Shown here in pieces: positions 40,138 through 53,633 of a DNA stretch of 64,000 nt. The notes below the pieces were generated by a model. That model did no database searches and was not told where the DNA came from. It saw only the letters and a list, made by a program, of their open reading frames with translations. Made by a program: the position numbers and the translations under genes. This stretch comes from Balanoglossus misakiensis (Eukaryota > Animalia > Hemichordata), in NCBI GenBank assembly GCA_040954595.2, contig CM082589.2:6197186-6261185 (forward strand), in the 5' to 3' direction. The stretch's first letter is position 1; each line of letters opens with the position of its first letter.

Positions 40138-41426
40138 CGTGTACATTTTTATTTTGCTAGCGAAAGCACGTTTACAGGCCTGGGGCACAATATGTTCATT
40201 CGGTCTCGGGTGGCACAGCTATATATCACCGATTTAAAGATAAACTATTTAGTACAAGCGCCAAACAAATGGTGAGCAATACCATTTCGTCATCCGTGAT
40301 AATATCATGATAAAATATTGCACCGCAGACACTACCCAATGCGACGTGACGCCAACAGAACCATACGACGCTGTTTCTTCCGGGGCCTCATGCGCACCAA
40401 CGACGGAGCCAACATAATTGTTCTGTCGCATCAGAATATTATTATTATTAAATGCATGCACGTATTAACGTTTGGAAATAATTGGTTTTTCTATTATGCG
40501 CAGTTTATAAATAGACGTGGGCGACAGAAAAAGAACTGTACACGTTGGATATTTCAATAAATATGCCGGTAGGAGATGTTTGTGTCTATACGCTGCTTGC
40601 TTGCTAATGCTTTTACAAATATTTCTTTTAACTAATACGGGGGAATGAGCATGCCTTTAGTGGGGTTAATCCTATTAAACTGACGTTTTTTTAGTGGACA
40701 GGTTTTTAAATCGACGTATTTGTTACAACATTGTTTTAAATGTGCTGCAAGACCTGGTATTCGCGTGGTCTCTAAAAACGGCATCATTAATAATCCCCAC
40801 GGTCTATTTTGGTGTGATAAAGAGACAGAGAACCATGTCGCGTGCAGCGTGACCGCCATCCGATTCTATTTCGACGGTATGTCGTCCTGGCCCGTCCGTT
40901 TACCACATTCTGTCGTCTGACGGACCGCTCAGCATCTGTAAGTAAGATTGAAACACATCTGTAGCATGGAGGCCCCCATACGTCAGTGGGACATCAAAGT
41001 CATATTGTCTGTGTGGCGTGTAAACACCCAACTGTACTAATGTACATGTACGGGATGATTGAACCTACATTTCCATATGTTTGCAACACTTGCTTTTTGC
41101 TTGCACACTGCTTCATTTTTCACCTGTTGTAATTTTTGGCCAAGTTGGGGTGATACTGGCGGAGTTGTGTCGGAGTAACACCCAGTGAGGGGTGCTCGAA
41201 CGGGTGCATGGAAAGGCAGACATTACCATAGGACCTAAGAATTCGTTTCCTCGGGGACCGCGTGGCTAACATTTGGGACACGGGTAGCCTGTCCTGTCAG
41301 CTTGACCACAATTTCACCCAACCACCCATCCAACACACTCTCTCGTTCCTTTCCCTATTTCACAGGTCTTCAATAGGAGACACTTAGCATAATAAACTGT
41401 CTGCTTTTACCCGCACACAACTAGTA

Positions 41427-42671
41427 ATGAACGCGAAGAAACGATTATTGTGTTCTCTGGTCGCCTGTCTCATGCTGGCAGCGATCATCATCTTCAGGAA
41501 TCACCACACTGACGGCACCAAGAATTTGATGTCGAAGAAAGCTTCCCAGTTTACCTTGGAACCGTCACGTCCAACCACAAGTAAACACTACCATGATCCT
41601 CTGCTGGAGAAAGAATCCCAGACTACCCCATACCCATCACCACGTCCGGTGACGACATTAAGCCCCGATGAACTGCCTGGACGCCACACGTGCAGCAATC
41701 TTGACAGATACATGAGAAGTTCGGAACTTTACGAATGTCCTATCGTCTACGAGTACGTGACAACTTGTCTCAGGGGCACGGGCGTTGGACGGACGCCGCT
41801 GCCAAATTTCTTCAACGAGCGTAACAACAGCCGTGACACAGATGACGAGGCTTACATGCAAGCGAACGTTGCATTTGTGCACGTGCCGAAGGCCGGCGGA
41901 ACCTCGGTCGAAAGCATCTTGCAAAAGATCCCCGGGCTGCACAGAGCTGGAAAAGTACGAAAAATGCGCGTTGCACACTGTCGCGACCAGTACGTCCACG
42001 CCACCCGTTTCAGGGGGTACGAAGAGCAAACGTTCTTTTTCTCAAAGCGATCGTTCGGCCTCCACGAGTTCGCGTACCCGGGGAGGCCGTTCGCCTACGT
42101 TGCGTGGTTCCGCGAGCCGGTCGACCGGCTGGTGTCGACCTACTTCTACGCCAAGCGTAAGCGCTGCTTCGGCGTCCATCGGATATGCTTCCACTACCTG
42201 GCGAGGTCCGACAACCTGACGGACTACTTGCAGAAGACCACAGACGTTCGCCTCCAAGACATGGACAACTACCACGTCCGACTCTTACAGTTCGGTGACT
42301 ATCCCGATGTCGACACGACATTCGAAGATTGCTGCGGCGGCGTGGAACTTGAAGACGCTGAAACCATTCCCAGTATAGAAGAGAAGCATTATTTGGTGGC
42401 CAGGAACAATTTACTGACTAAAATAGCATTTGTGGGGCTTACAGAGGACTTTAAGACTTCACAGGACATGCTTTGCCATGTGTTTGGAATACCTTTACAG
42501 GAGCGAGAGATACATGTGAATGCCAACGCTCACGATTATAACATTACCGCTTTTGAACTTGCAGAAATCAGGCGGAGAAACGTTTGGGACTTGAAACTAT
42601 ACGACGACGCGAAGGCACTTTATGATCACCAAAAGAAAATGTATCTTCAGGGAAAGGAAAATAAATTTTGA
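41427..42671 (+). CDS. Type II Golgi-type sulfotransferase (Sulfotransfer_2 / HS6ST-like fold), 414 aa, single coding exon
   Basis: N-terminal signal anchor (KKRLLCSLVACLMLAAIIIF), 5'-PSB FVHVPKAGGTS, 3'-PB FREPVDRLVSTY, FVGLTEDF, NVWDLKLY. Splice acceptor at 41365 in the 5' UTR. Confidence 0.92.
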   Translation: MNAKKRLLCSLVACLMLAAIIIFRNHHTDGTKNLMSKKASQFTLEPSRPTTSKHYHDPLLEKESQTTPYPSPRPVTTLSPDELPGRHTCSNLDRYMRSSELYECPIVYEYVTTCLRGTGVGRTPLPNFFNERNNSRDTDDEAYMQANVAFVHVPKAGGTSVESILQKIPGLHRAGKVRKMRVAHCRDQYVHATRFRGYEEQTFFFSKRSFGLHEFAYPGRPFAYVAWFREPVDRLVSTYFYAKRKRCFGVHRICFHYLARSDNLTDYLQKTTDVRLQDMDNYHVRLLQFGDYPDVDTTFEDCCGGVELEDAETIPSIEEKHYLVARNNLLTKIAFVGLTEDFKTSQDMLCHVFGIPLQEREIHVNANAHDYNITAFELAEIRRRNVWDLKLYDDAKALYDHQKKMYLQGKENKF

Positions 42672-42884
42672 GATTTAAAAAGAATGCTTAATACTATCAT
42701 ACTGGTCAAATCAGAAAATCCATGTTAAATGTAAGATTGCACGTGCCGTCACTCTATATAATCACACACTGCTACGAAGCGCAGTGCTTACTCCATACAG
42801 CAAAGGGAGGTTCTGGTTTCCTTACGAAATACCATTCGTTGAATATACCTGTCAACAAACATGATTTGTTGAACATATTTTAAA

Positions 42885-42948
42885 AAACAAACAAACGAAC
42901 AAACAAACAAACAAACAAACAAACAAACAAACAAACAAACAGACAAAC
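42885..42948. repeat. (AAAC)n microsatellite
   Basis: Direct reading. Confidence 0.9.
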
Positions 42949-43625
42949 GGACAGTCCGAAACATTTTATTAAAAATCATAATAAAATAAGTAACCATATT
43001 AATATAAAAACAACAAACAGAAAAACAAATATAAACAAACAAGCAAACAAAAAAATCACAGATCATTACTGGTGGAAAGTTATTTTCGGGGTTGGGCAGA
43101 TTAAATATGCAAATCAGAATTATTTGGAAGTATATTCCTAAATGCGTCCCAGTGTAACTTGTGCAATCATGGTTTTTTTCTATACCATTAAAATGTCACA
43201 ACAAGTATACAAATATTTTGGTCGAAAAATTGCCATTTTCTAGACACGGAATCGGCCAACGTGCAATCAAATGTATTTAAACACTTCCGCATATTTGATA
43301 TGGCTAATATCTCTGGCTAAATTAATCAATTTTATTGCTGCAGTCATTATGAAAGGATACGATTACTTAATCCCTGATTGCATATTTGCAATTGGTATGT
43401 AAGTCACGAAACCAGTCCATGCCATTTCAGTCTGGGTGATAACCTATGCATCATGTGTAACAGCTGTTATCAAAATGATTGTTCCGGTAGACTATATTGG
43501 TTACCATTATAATGCGCGTAGTTACCTGGTACTGATAAAAACGAGTAAGTTGCGATGACGTATTTCCTGTCGCTGTGTCTACACACTTATTCACGCGACA
43601 AAATAATCCGACGCCACCGACCGCG

Positions 43626-45489
43626 ATGGCCAACGTGCGATACCGCAGACTGCTGTGCGTCCTGATCGCTTTCGTCGTTACCATGACCATGGTCGGCCTG
43701 AAATGCGTGTACGGTAAGAATTCCCCCAATTTCCACAATTGGAAATTTAACTGTGTGATGAGGTTGACAAATAATGCCACGGTTCAATCAATAACACGTT
43801 TACTTTGGCAGAATGCTTATACCGTAGTATACGTTTTCTTTTCTTCAGAAGACATAAGCATACAGAATATGTTAATATGGAACCCTGTGACGAGAGAACC
43901 CAGCCAGCTTTTGGTAAGAACTTTATTTATTTCCTTTTCGATAAACAACAAACCCACCACAGGCATAGTATATTCACAGACATCTCTTTGTCTGTGGTTT
44001 AATCACCCACCTTAGAAATACGTTCGACGGCTTACTGTTGCATTCACAGCACGTATGCATCTACCGAATATAGATATTTTAATAATCTGGTATAACTTTA
44101 TTAGTATAGTAAGGTCGGTTGCTATATCTCCCCTGTACATACAAAAAATGGCACGGCAAATATACTTTATCTTGCTCGGAAATTGAAGTCAACGGGGGTC
44201 TATGTGCCAACGCAGCGTCACTTGACGACTTACCGGATAAATCAGCCTCAGGGAACCCGAAACCGTTGCTATGGGCGCAAGAACACGTACCGTGCGATTT
44301 TTGCTGATCCCCACAATACATGTACAGGCGTATCGTACTTAATGGACCATTCCATTCCAGATCGTGTGCACTTAATTTAATCCTAACACCGGTCGTAATC
44401 GCTGCTACAGCACACCCCAGACATTAAAATATAACGACTGTATAAGCAATATTGAACACCTATTGCCTGGCCATGAGGGCCATAGCGGCCGTTTATTACA
44501 CCCGAGGGGCTGTGAGTTACCAGAATCATATGCTATTTCCCGAGGCCGCAGGCCGCAGGCCGAGGGAAATAGCATATGATTCTGGTAACTCACAGCCCCT
44601 CGGGTGTAATAAACGGCCGCTATGGGCCGAATATAGGCCAGGCTATAGGTGTTTTATAATAAACCTCATGCTAACAGTTGGGAAAATCTTGCAATTTTCC
44701 CTTGAGGCTGGCAGACGACATCTTCAGCGGTGGCCATTGTGTCAGACGACGCGACGCTGATTGACGTGACCACGTTGGTCACGTGACCGGTTTATATTTT
44801 TTCTGCTATTTCCCTAGCGGTTCATAGTCGATTCTATTTTCCTATCACGTGACGGATTCTGGCGAATCACGGCACAGTATTAGCATGAGGTATATTATAA
44901 ATATATATATTCAATTCTTTACTATCAATCACGTGATCTGGCCATGCGACCCACGGCGGTTTCATTTCCTGGTGACGGGCAAGCAATATTTCGGCATCCA
45001 GTAAAAGTTTTTCCGTGTATGTTTTTTTGATATCGTTCACACTACTTTTAGTAACCCGCTTTATCATCATATCAAGTGCATACCTAAAAATTATGTTAAT
45101 GTGTTTTTGTACTTAGGATACTTAAGTCATGAACAACGAACCACATGAAAATTGACCCATGCATTAAACATTGAAATATGCAAATTTTTTGGCCTTCAAA
45201 TGTCAAATTTCCAAAGGCAAGGACAAATCGTGCCGTCGGTAAGCTCCAATTAAAATATGGACGTAAATATTAATTAAAACGTCAAAATCAAACATCAATA
45301 ACAGAAAACAGACAAATGCTGAGTGACCTGAAATTAAGTATTCGATTCGTCGCTGATTTAGTAGTACGTGTAATCAATCCAGGCAACCAGATGTTTTGGA
45401 TACAGTGATATCACTGAAGTGTTTGCAAAGTCGATTTCATTGCAGCAATAAAAACGACTGGAGCTGTTCGTGTCAGTGTTTACTCGCGC

Positions 45490-45530
<41 letters not shown>

Positions 45531-47349
45531 GAGATTCACGGGCACAACGCGTATGTGACGTCAGCATAATTAAGAACAGGACGTATTACTCCAGAATGTA
45601 CGTAGGCCAGAGCATAATATGACAGACACCAAATTTTGATTATGTATACCACGTCGACGAACACGGGACTTCAAATAACTATTTTAATAGTTTACCCAGG
45701 GTATATATGCACACGCACAATAAACATGCAGCTGTCGCACTGATAAAAAATCAATTAACTAAAGATAGCTTGTGCCACCTGGCAAAAATTTTGTTAGTAT
45801 CGTCACTACCCGGCATATATCTGAGTATCCCTTCAGTTTTGTAAAATGATTTAAAATGGTCATTGTGGCTCATCGGAAATCTACAACATTTGGTCTCATG
45901 CTGGTCAATTTCAGACATGAATCCATGCCACATAGATGAATTTTGCTCTAAGATTTTGCACGATAAACTATATGGATACATGTGTATTAGCTGATAAGAC
46001 ATACATAGGACACCGTAAATCAAAGTCCACCGCAGCTATTTGAGTAGCCCCTACGCCCTGGTCTCCGGGCTACTATTTGAGCAAGTTTAAGATTCACTAA
46101 CACGAAATTATGATATCATAAAATGAGAAAATGTTCGGCCGTTACTATAGTGACAACACCTGGGTTGATTATTAACTAATCTACTGAATTGTTGATATCT
46201 TCGTTTCTTCAGGGGGCAAATCTAAACGAAGAGCACACTCGGAATGTTTCGGTCACTTTACCGAGCTCAAGGGGGGAGGAGACACCTGTCAATGCATCTG
46301 CGATCACTGAGGAGCGCCCTCTGCGGGGCAGTGATGCTGATTATTTCGATACCACTTTTATGTGTGGACTCCTGAAGAAACAAATAGAGGTCGTCAATCT
46401 GAAAAATCCAAACTGTACAGAGATTATGATATATTTAAGACGCTGCCTGAACAGCTCCGATGTCGGGCGAGCGCCTCTGCCGAACTTCTTCTCCGAACGA
46501 AACAACAGCGGCGACACGGACGACGAGGCTTACCGGCGCGCCAACACGGCGTTCGTGCACTTACCAAAAGCCGGGGGAACGTCCGTTGAAAAGGTTCTGA
46601 TGACAATACCCGGTGAGAACACAACAGGCGTTCCGCGTAGAAAGATGATTGGCCACTGTGACCACTTATACCAGGGGGCTCAGCTGTTGGGTAACACCAC
46701 GGAGCAGACGCTGTTTTACTCAAAAAGGACCTACGGTCTGCACGACTTCGCACACCCCGGGAGGCCGTTCGCTTACGTCACGTGGTTTCGAGAACCGATC
46801 GCCAGGCTGGTTTCGACCTACTACTACCTCAAACGGACGCGGTGCGCTCAAGTGCACGAAGTGTGCAAACACTACTTGTTAAACTCGAACAATCTCACGG
46901 ACTATCTGTTGAAGACGTCGGATGTCCACTACCAGGACATGGACAACTTCTACGTGAGACTTCTGCAGTTCGGCAACTATCCAGAGATAGACACCACCTT
47001 TGAAGATGGCGCCGGCGGGGCGACCCTCGCGGAAGCCCGAAGCATTCCGGAGATCGACGAAAAGCACTACCTTGTGGCCAAGAGCAACCTCCAGGCTAAG
47101 ATGGCCTTTGTCGGCCTAACAGAGGATTTCAAAACGTCCCAGGATATGCTGAGCTTTGTATTTGGAATACCCATGAGCGAACAAGAAACACGTGTTAACG
47201 TCAATACACACAATGATGAGTTGACAGACTTCGAGCGAACAGAACTGACGCGAAGAAACACGTGGGACCTGAAACTGTATGAAGAGGCGAAGAAAATATA
47301 CGAATATCAAAAGAAAGAATACTTTAAAATAAAGCAGGAGTTTGATTAA
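43626..47349 (+). CDS. Second sulfotransferase paralog, about 429 aa
   Basis: Exons 43626-43713 (MANVRYRRLLCVLIAFVVTMTMVGLKCVY, signal anchor), 43849-43913, 46213-47349; phases 1 then 0 are consistent. Motifs FVHLPKAGGTS, FREPIARLVSTYY, FVGLTEDF, NTWDLKLY. Confidence 0.9.
44440..44902. mobile_element. Non-autonomous element with two adjacent inverted-repeat pairs, in a sulfotransferase intron
   Basis: Perfect 62-bp arms at 44480-44541 / 44564-44625 with a 22-nt loop. A second pair at 44653-44674 / 44880-44901 matches at 21 of 22 positions. Confidence 0.7.
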
Positions 47350-48032
47350 GACTAGATATTCACGTTATGTCTGTCTATCTGTTTGCCTGCCTGCCTGTCT
47401 GCTTGTATGACCCCTTGTCTTGTCATGTAAATTAAGTACATATGTTCAGCAACGAGTAGAGATCAAGCGTATCGCGGCATTCGTTACATGATCCCTTTGG
47501 GGAACCAATCGCATCAAAGAAGCTTTCTCAAAAGTTACAGCTACACAGACGTGTTTGTCCGATGTATCGCTCGTTTTGGGGGTGAATTGGTGAATGGGTC
47601 GCACTTTTTTATATTATGTTCTACTTGCAAGAGCGGTGCTGGTTCTAAAATAAAAAAAATACCTACCTTCCCTATATTTGAATAACATGTAATCGGAACA
47701 GCACAAATTATTATTTTTTGGCCTTATCAAAAAAGATACGGGTACCCAACCTTAATGCGATGCAAATTATATGAAAATGAATACGTCAGAACTGAAATTA
47801 CCATATGAATTTTCACTACCTGCAAAACACACTCCCAAAGTGATCACTCGCTACACGGCAACAGGTATATGTTGACTGAAATAGTTTAAACGCTCGTAAT
47901 TTTATTATTTTATAAAACTACACACAATAAGATTATTTTATGTTATATTTTTGTCTTGCAAATGTTTATTTTGGAGGTGCGTAAATACTTAATATGGGTC
48001 TGCGATAGACACTTTTTCATCTCTAGGGCATC

Positions 48033-50266
48033 ATGGCAAAGGAAGCTTCCATCCTCTTCAGCGACGAAATAGAGTACTTTCAGAGTTATCGCACGATAAT
48101 GAAGTATGGATGCGACATTGGCAATGACGAACAACAGACGAGCTTGAAGACTATGGTTGAGAATTTTCAAGCTCCTAAAGGCGCCACACTGTGGGTTCTT
48201 GCAATCGGCTCATCAGATGGTAAGTTCGCGCTCACATACCATTTCGACAGTTTTATTCAAATTTATATCATTGAGCAATCTTAAATAATAATAATAAAAT
48301 CTTGTGTTTTGTAGTGTTCAACGTTGTATCCCAATTGTCGCTGACGCAAAGCACACGACTGGCATATTAGCTTGCAAGATCCTCCCTATAGGTTAGACAT
48401 TTAGGATCTACTATTCATTTAAATATGCTACCATGGGTTAAACCTTCCTCCCACCTCTATTGATCTTTCATTTTCCGCGTCACTGTCCAACAGGCATTAA
48501 GGACATCCCAATTCTTGACGCTCTCGCGAGAAGAGATAATGTCGTCAATTACATCGTCGTTGAACCTTCTCGGAGCGTTCTTCCGAAGTTCCAGATGATG
48601 GCCTCGACAATGCAGGGCAGGGGAGAATGGAAGAATATTACCTTTCGTTTCCACCCGGAAGCCGTCGAAGCTTACCTTGCCGAGTCTGTCCACGCCAACG
48701 GATCCCTGAAATTCGACATTATTCACGCGATCCATTGCGGCTACTTTTTCCCCGACCCAGGACAGATTATCGCAGACCTATACGACCACCTCAATAAAGG
48801 AGGGATACTTTTAATCATTATATCATCTGGGAAGTACTCCAAAACTCACGTAAAGGTAGATCGTTGCATTTCTATCAACACAACGGGCAATGTTCTACAG
48901 ACCATATCCGTGACCACAATTTCCACCCTCCAAGAAATACATCATGTACAGACAATACCCCCACCCACAGCCGATTGCCGTCTATGATTTACTTTGATAT
49001 CATCTAAATATTGAATATATTTGGGCATTTAATAGCGTCATTTACCGAAAAGAATAGTAAAAGTGTCACAGTGATGCAAAAGTGAAATGACCGAGTGTAT
49101 CGGCAAGAGAAAGGTTAAAATCTGAAGAAGAAACGAAGGCTGACCGACAACCTTTTCTATAAGTCCCTGAAAAAATTCTCGTGGTTTAACAGTCAACTCA
49201 AAGGATCTCCATTTGTAATATACAAATTAGAAAAAAATGTCTATTTTAATACCTTTCAAAAAAACGATATTCGAGCTATTTTGGATCTTGCATGTGGCAT
49301 TCAGTACTATGAATAGTTGTGTACAAACTGCCACCGTGCAATATACAGATTCAGTACACAACAACGTGACAAATAAATTTGGTATTTTTTACCGGTACAA
49401 TCGCAAAATACAAACAGCAGGGTAGTTATTTTGCATGGTAATAGTTTGTACAAACACACAGGACTCCGTGAACGTACACAGCTACTGAGTTCTGGTGACG
49501 CCCCCAAACGCTCTGTCACACACACACACACACACACACACACCCGGAAGCAAGGTGCGAAAGTCACGCGTCTTTTTCAATGCCAAATCTGAATGTTGCT
49601 ATCAGCGAAACGGGGTGACATTTGGGCAATTTATTTCCTTATTATTTCCAACAGGCGACAGGAAAGCAACATATCAGTCGTCGGTGTATTTGGAAATCTC
49701 CAAATTTGCGAAAATTGCCGGCCGTAGAACCAACCAAGCATCACCCCCGGCCTATTTTGCATATCGGCCTTTTCACAAGGTTGCCTCATCACTGTTCTGA
49801 AAAACAAGACTCCTCCGCAGCTCTGGTCTAATCGGCATACTTGTTTCATTGTGTTTGAGAAGCCGCAGTCTGGAGTGCTGCATCGTAACTCCATCTTGAT
49901 CACTTCTAACCTGCAGGACCCTGGGAGGACGTACAGCGGGAGGTGCCGAAACTTCTCGGTCTACCGGCGCCCTGTCCCGGCGCTAAGGCCCTGCGAGAGA
50001 TTCTCCAGCGCCGTATGCCTAATGTGAAGTTGCAAACTGCGTCAAGACAGCTGCGAATGCAAGTTGACGAGTGCTTCAAGGAAGACTCCAAAGATGGGAA
50101 TGAAATTCTCAATTTCATCCTGCAGGTTTCTGACTTCAGGAAGAATACACCAGAAGAAGTCGCCCGTGAAATCATGTCATATTTTAAAGATCTGTGTAGC
50201 CGCACAGTCGATGGTAAATTGCAATTTAGCGGACCAGAGGAAGATTTCATAATAACAAAAGAATGA
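48033..50266 (+). CDS. Histamine N-methyltransferase-like class I SAM-dependent methyltransferase, about 290 aa
   Basis: Exons 48033-48219, 48494-48829, 49917-50266 (873 nt). Motifs VLAIGSSDG (motif I), YIVVEPS, KFDIIHAIHCGYF, LNKGGILLIII, CFKEDSKDGNEILNF. The second donor is non-canonical (GG). Confidence 0.8.
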
Positions 50267-50692
50267 CACTGCAATTGTACAGTTCGTGCTGTGATGTTAT
50301 GAATAAAATAGCATTTTCTTCCGTCAAACACAATTAACACTTTCGTCTGCGTGTCTTGTGGATAGACATTTGTTTCTATTATCACATCTGGATACTTGGA
50401 AAGCTAGTAAGACTCTCCAAAAGCGATAGCTTACAAGAGGGGTCGTGTAATAAATACCACCGTCCGCCGGCGCGTTGCATGTTGTGGTTTTCTACATGTG
50501 GACTTAATTATCTGGCCGGGACCAGGGGTCGCTAAGGTTCGTGTCCACGGTAAATACCACAAATGCATCGGGTGTACTATTCATTCAAGTTTTCGGTACA
50601 TACATCAACAAGACGACTCAGACTAGGGAAGTTGGTAATGTCCCCTGCCTCGAACAACACACATTTATCGTGGGAGTTTTATAAATAGGGCA

Positions 50693-50696
50693 TATG

Positions 50697-50759
<63 letters not shown>

Positions 50760-50915
50760 ATGTATGTATGTATGTATGTATGTATGTATGTATGTATGTA
50801 TGTATGTATGTATGTATGTATGTATGTATGTATGTATGTATGTATGTATGTATGTATGTATGTATGTATGTATGTATGTATGTATGTATGTATGTATGTA
50901 TGTATGTATGTATGT
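50693..50915. repeat. (TG)n/(TATG)n compound microsatellite
   Basis: Direct reading. Confidence 0.98.
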
Positions 50916-51563
50916 ACACGTACGTACGTATGTGTGTATGTACGTATGTACATGTATGTGCATATGTACGTACTGACGGACGGCCGCGGACGGATGGATG
51001 GATAATGTATCGGATGTGTATACGGATGTGTACGAGGTGACATGGGTTTCTTTTAAAATGAACAGATGTTATATGTACGGCTGAAGTGTCAGCATGCTGC
51101 ATGAAAGGTTACCTCCTAATGTCACCTTTCAAAGTCTCCGTGAGATTATCGTTAAAACCAGGCGAGCGCGCTTGCCCGCTGGAATTTATTTTTGTTTTTT
51201 CCCCCACTAAGTGCGTCGTTGGTAGACGAAGAAATGTCGGTGGGGTCGACGTTGTGTGTCGAAGTCCCCGACCTTTTGAAAGGGAACACAGGCAGTGTTT
51301 TTGCCCTTTTATATTTTTGACACGCGGTGCAAGAATTCCAGTCGAACCAGTAGGTATCGCTCCAATGTTGCTATTGGTCAAACGTGCAGTAAGCCAATTA
51401 ACTCGATCAGGGCAGGTTGTTCGCTCCCATACAGTGCATGCATGCATTGGCGTTTCAATTCCCGAAGCTGTCTCTTCTGTTTTCACCAAGTCGTGTGAAG
51501 ATAGCCGCAAATACTTCATTTTAATCGCAGTTGATATTCATCGAGTAATCGAATTCATGTGAG

Positions 51564-53596
51564 ATGGCGCCAGTATGTGAATGGATGTACCGTTCTCTGA
51601 TTTTGATAGCACTGGCTTCAGAAGGTATGTGCCAACATTAGTTTAATATTCGTCACCAGATATCGTCAATGTATAAAAACATCCTTTTGTTGGTTGTTGT
51701 TTTTTGGGAGGGGGGAGGGATTCTGCAGCCCCACTGAAATTCGATAGACGCATTGTGAATTGCTATACTTTTCGACAGTGTGTAATGTCAAAGCTTATAT
51801 ACATCTTACCAGCTGGGTATAGTTTAACACCATTGCGGTATACAGGTTCAAATGATGTCATTGTCAAAGAAACTGTAATGTCGATGAGCTTTTGTTAAAA
51901 TTAGCAATCTAACGCATGCGTTACTCACAACAAACTTGGATGACTTTAACAATGCATTGATCCACAATGAATGCTTGTAATACTTATGATTTTCTCTGTT
52001 TCATAAAAAAATGAATTATATGTGATTTTCTGTGTAAACTAAGAAAAAAAAATACTTCACAAGCTAATTTCTTCATGATCTCCTTTAGTGCGTAATTTCC
52101 CCCACATGAAATATGAATAATCTTGTACTTAAATGGCCCCCGTACCGTTGGTCGTGGGAACTCAGCTATTAAGTATTATGTTACACCCAAGCCCTTAAAA
52201 AGCACCCCGTCTCTTTATTTGAGCTGCGTGAGAGGAATGTACGGACCATTGGCGTTTATTTTCTCGGTGGACATAATTAGATGCCTTATATCACATGCAG
52301 CAGAAAAAACAAACAGTTTAAAGAATATATTCGGCTTGTAATTAATAAACAAAACTTGTCCAGTCCAGTATTAATTAACCGTGAACACAAACATACGGGT
52401 TATCTCTGATTTCTTAGCCCGGCAGTCCCCCGCGGCAATCTCAACAAACCGCAACACATTTTCCAAAAGGAACAGGACAGAAGCTGTATCTCGTGATAAT
52501 TTTGATTTTTTTTTTCTGTGCATGAATTACTGAACCATCAGTCATTAAAAAAATCACGTCATCGCTGCATTGTGGGTGGTAAATGTTTGTAAACATCGTT
52601 CGGTTCACGTGACCAGGAGTCGGTGACCCTTTACAAGCTAAGGGCATACCGCCCACACTGTTACAGATTTCTACCAGGCATAAACGTGACAAATGATCAG
52701 TATTTCGTCAACGATGAACATAAATGAACACACTACTGTAGTAAGTTGCAAATTGGTCAGCGTCCAGTCAAAGTATATGTATCAGCGCCCGCTACCCGTC
52801 ATTCTTGCCACTGTCCAAACGTCATAAGCGAACGACATGGGATGGCACGTCCAACGCTGTTACCTGTACATGTAAAATTGTATGCGTTTCCCCTCGCGGG
52901 TAATATCGCTTCTTACCCCCCTTTCTTTCTCCCTTAGTGAATTCGCTGGGATTAATGCAAGCAAGGGGCCGACTTTTTAACACCCTTCTGGTTAACCATC
53001 ACAAGCTGATTTACCCACAAGACTCACTTGAGAAACCTGTCCAGGTGGAGATGTCGCTCGTCCTCAGCAGGGTCGTCGACTTAGTAAGTATGGTGTTTGG
53101 TGTACATGTGGGGGGGGGGGGTACATTGCCATACATCAGCTATTAACGACAATCGTGGTCTGCAGAACCATAATAACTTTTAATATTTCAAATGCAGTGG
53201 TGACATTAACTGCTACGTAATGTCGTCGATATTGTGTGGTTAAAATGAGTATTGTTTTTTTTGTAGGAGAAAGATATGCTGACGATGGAGACTTATAAAC
53301 GCTACGTAAGTATAATTATAGTACGTTGTAATTATGCGTCCAACTGTTTTAATCAGAAATGATATTACTATAAAAGGAGTCTTGATTGATTTTTACACGC
53401 ATTCAAATGCAGAGATCATGAGCGTGATTCCGATATCTTGGTTTCTCCCATTCTTCAATATAGACATGGAAAGATCGTCGTTTTATGTGGGATCCACAAA
53501 ATTATAATGATGTATCTGTAATACACTTACCAGTTGATGATATGTGGAATCCAGATGAAGATATCCGACTCTATTATGGGTATGTATGTACATGAC

Positions 53597-53633
<37 letters not shown>

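Noticed and set aside
49654-49800. Good acceptor inside the methyltransferase intron as a candidate extra exon
   Set aside because: The phase-1 reading runs to a stop with no methyltransferase-like sequence, and the direct splice already gives a full-length protein.
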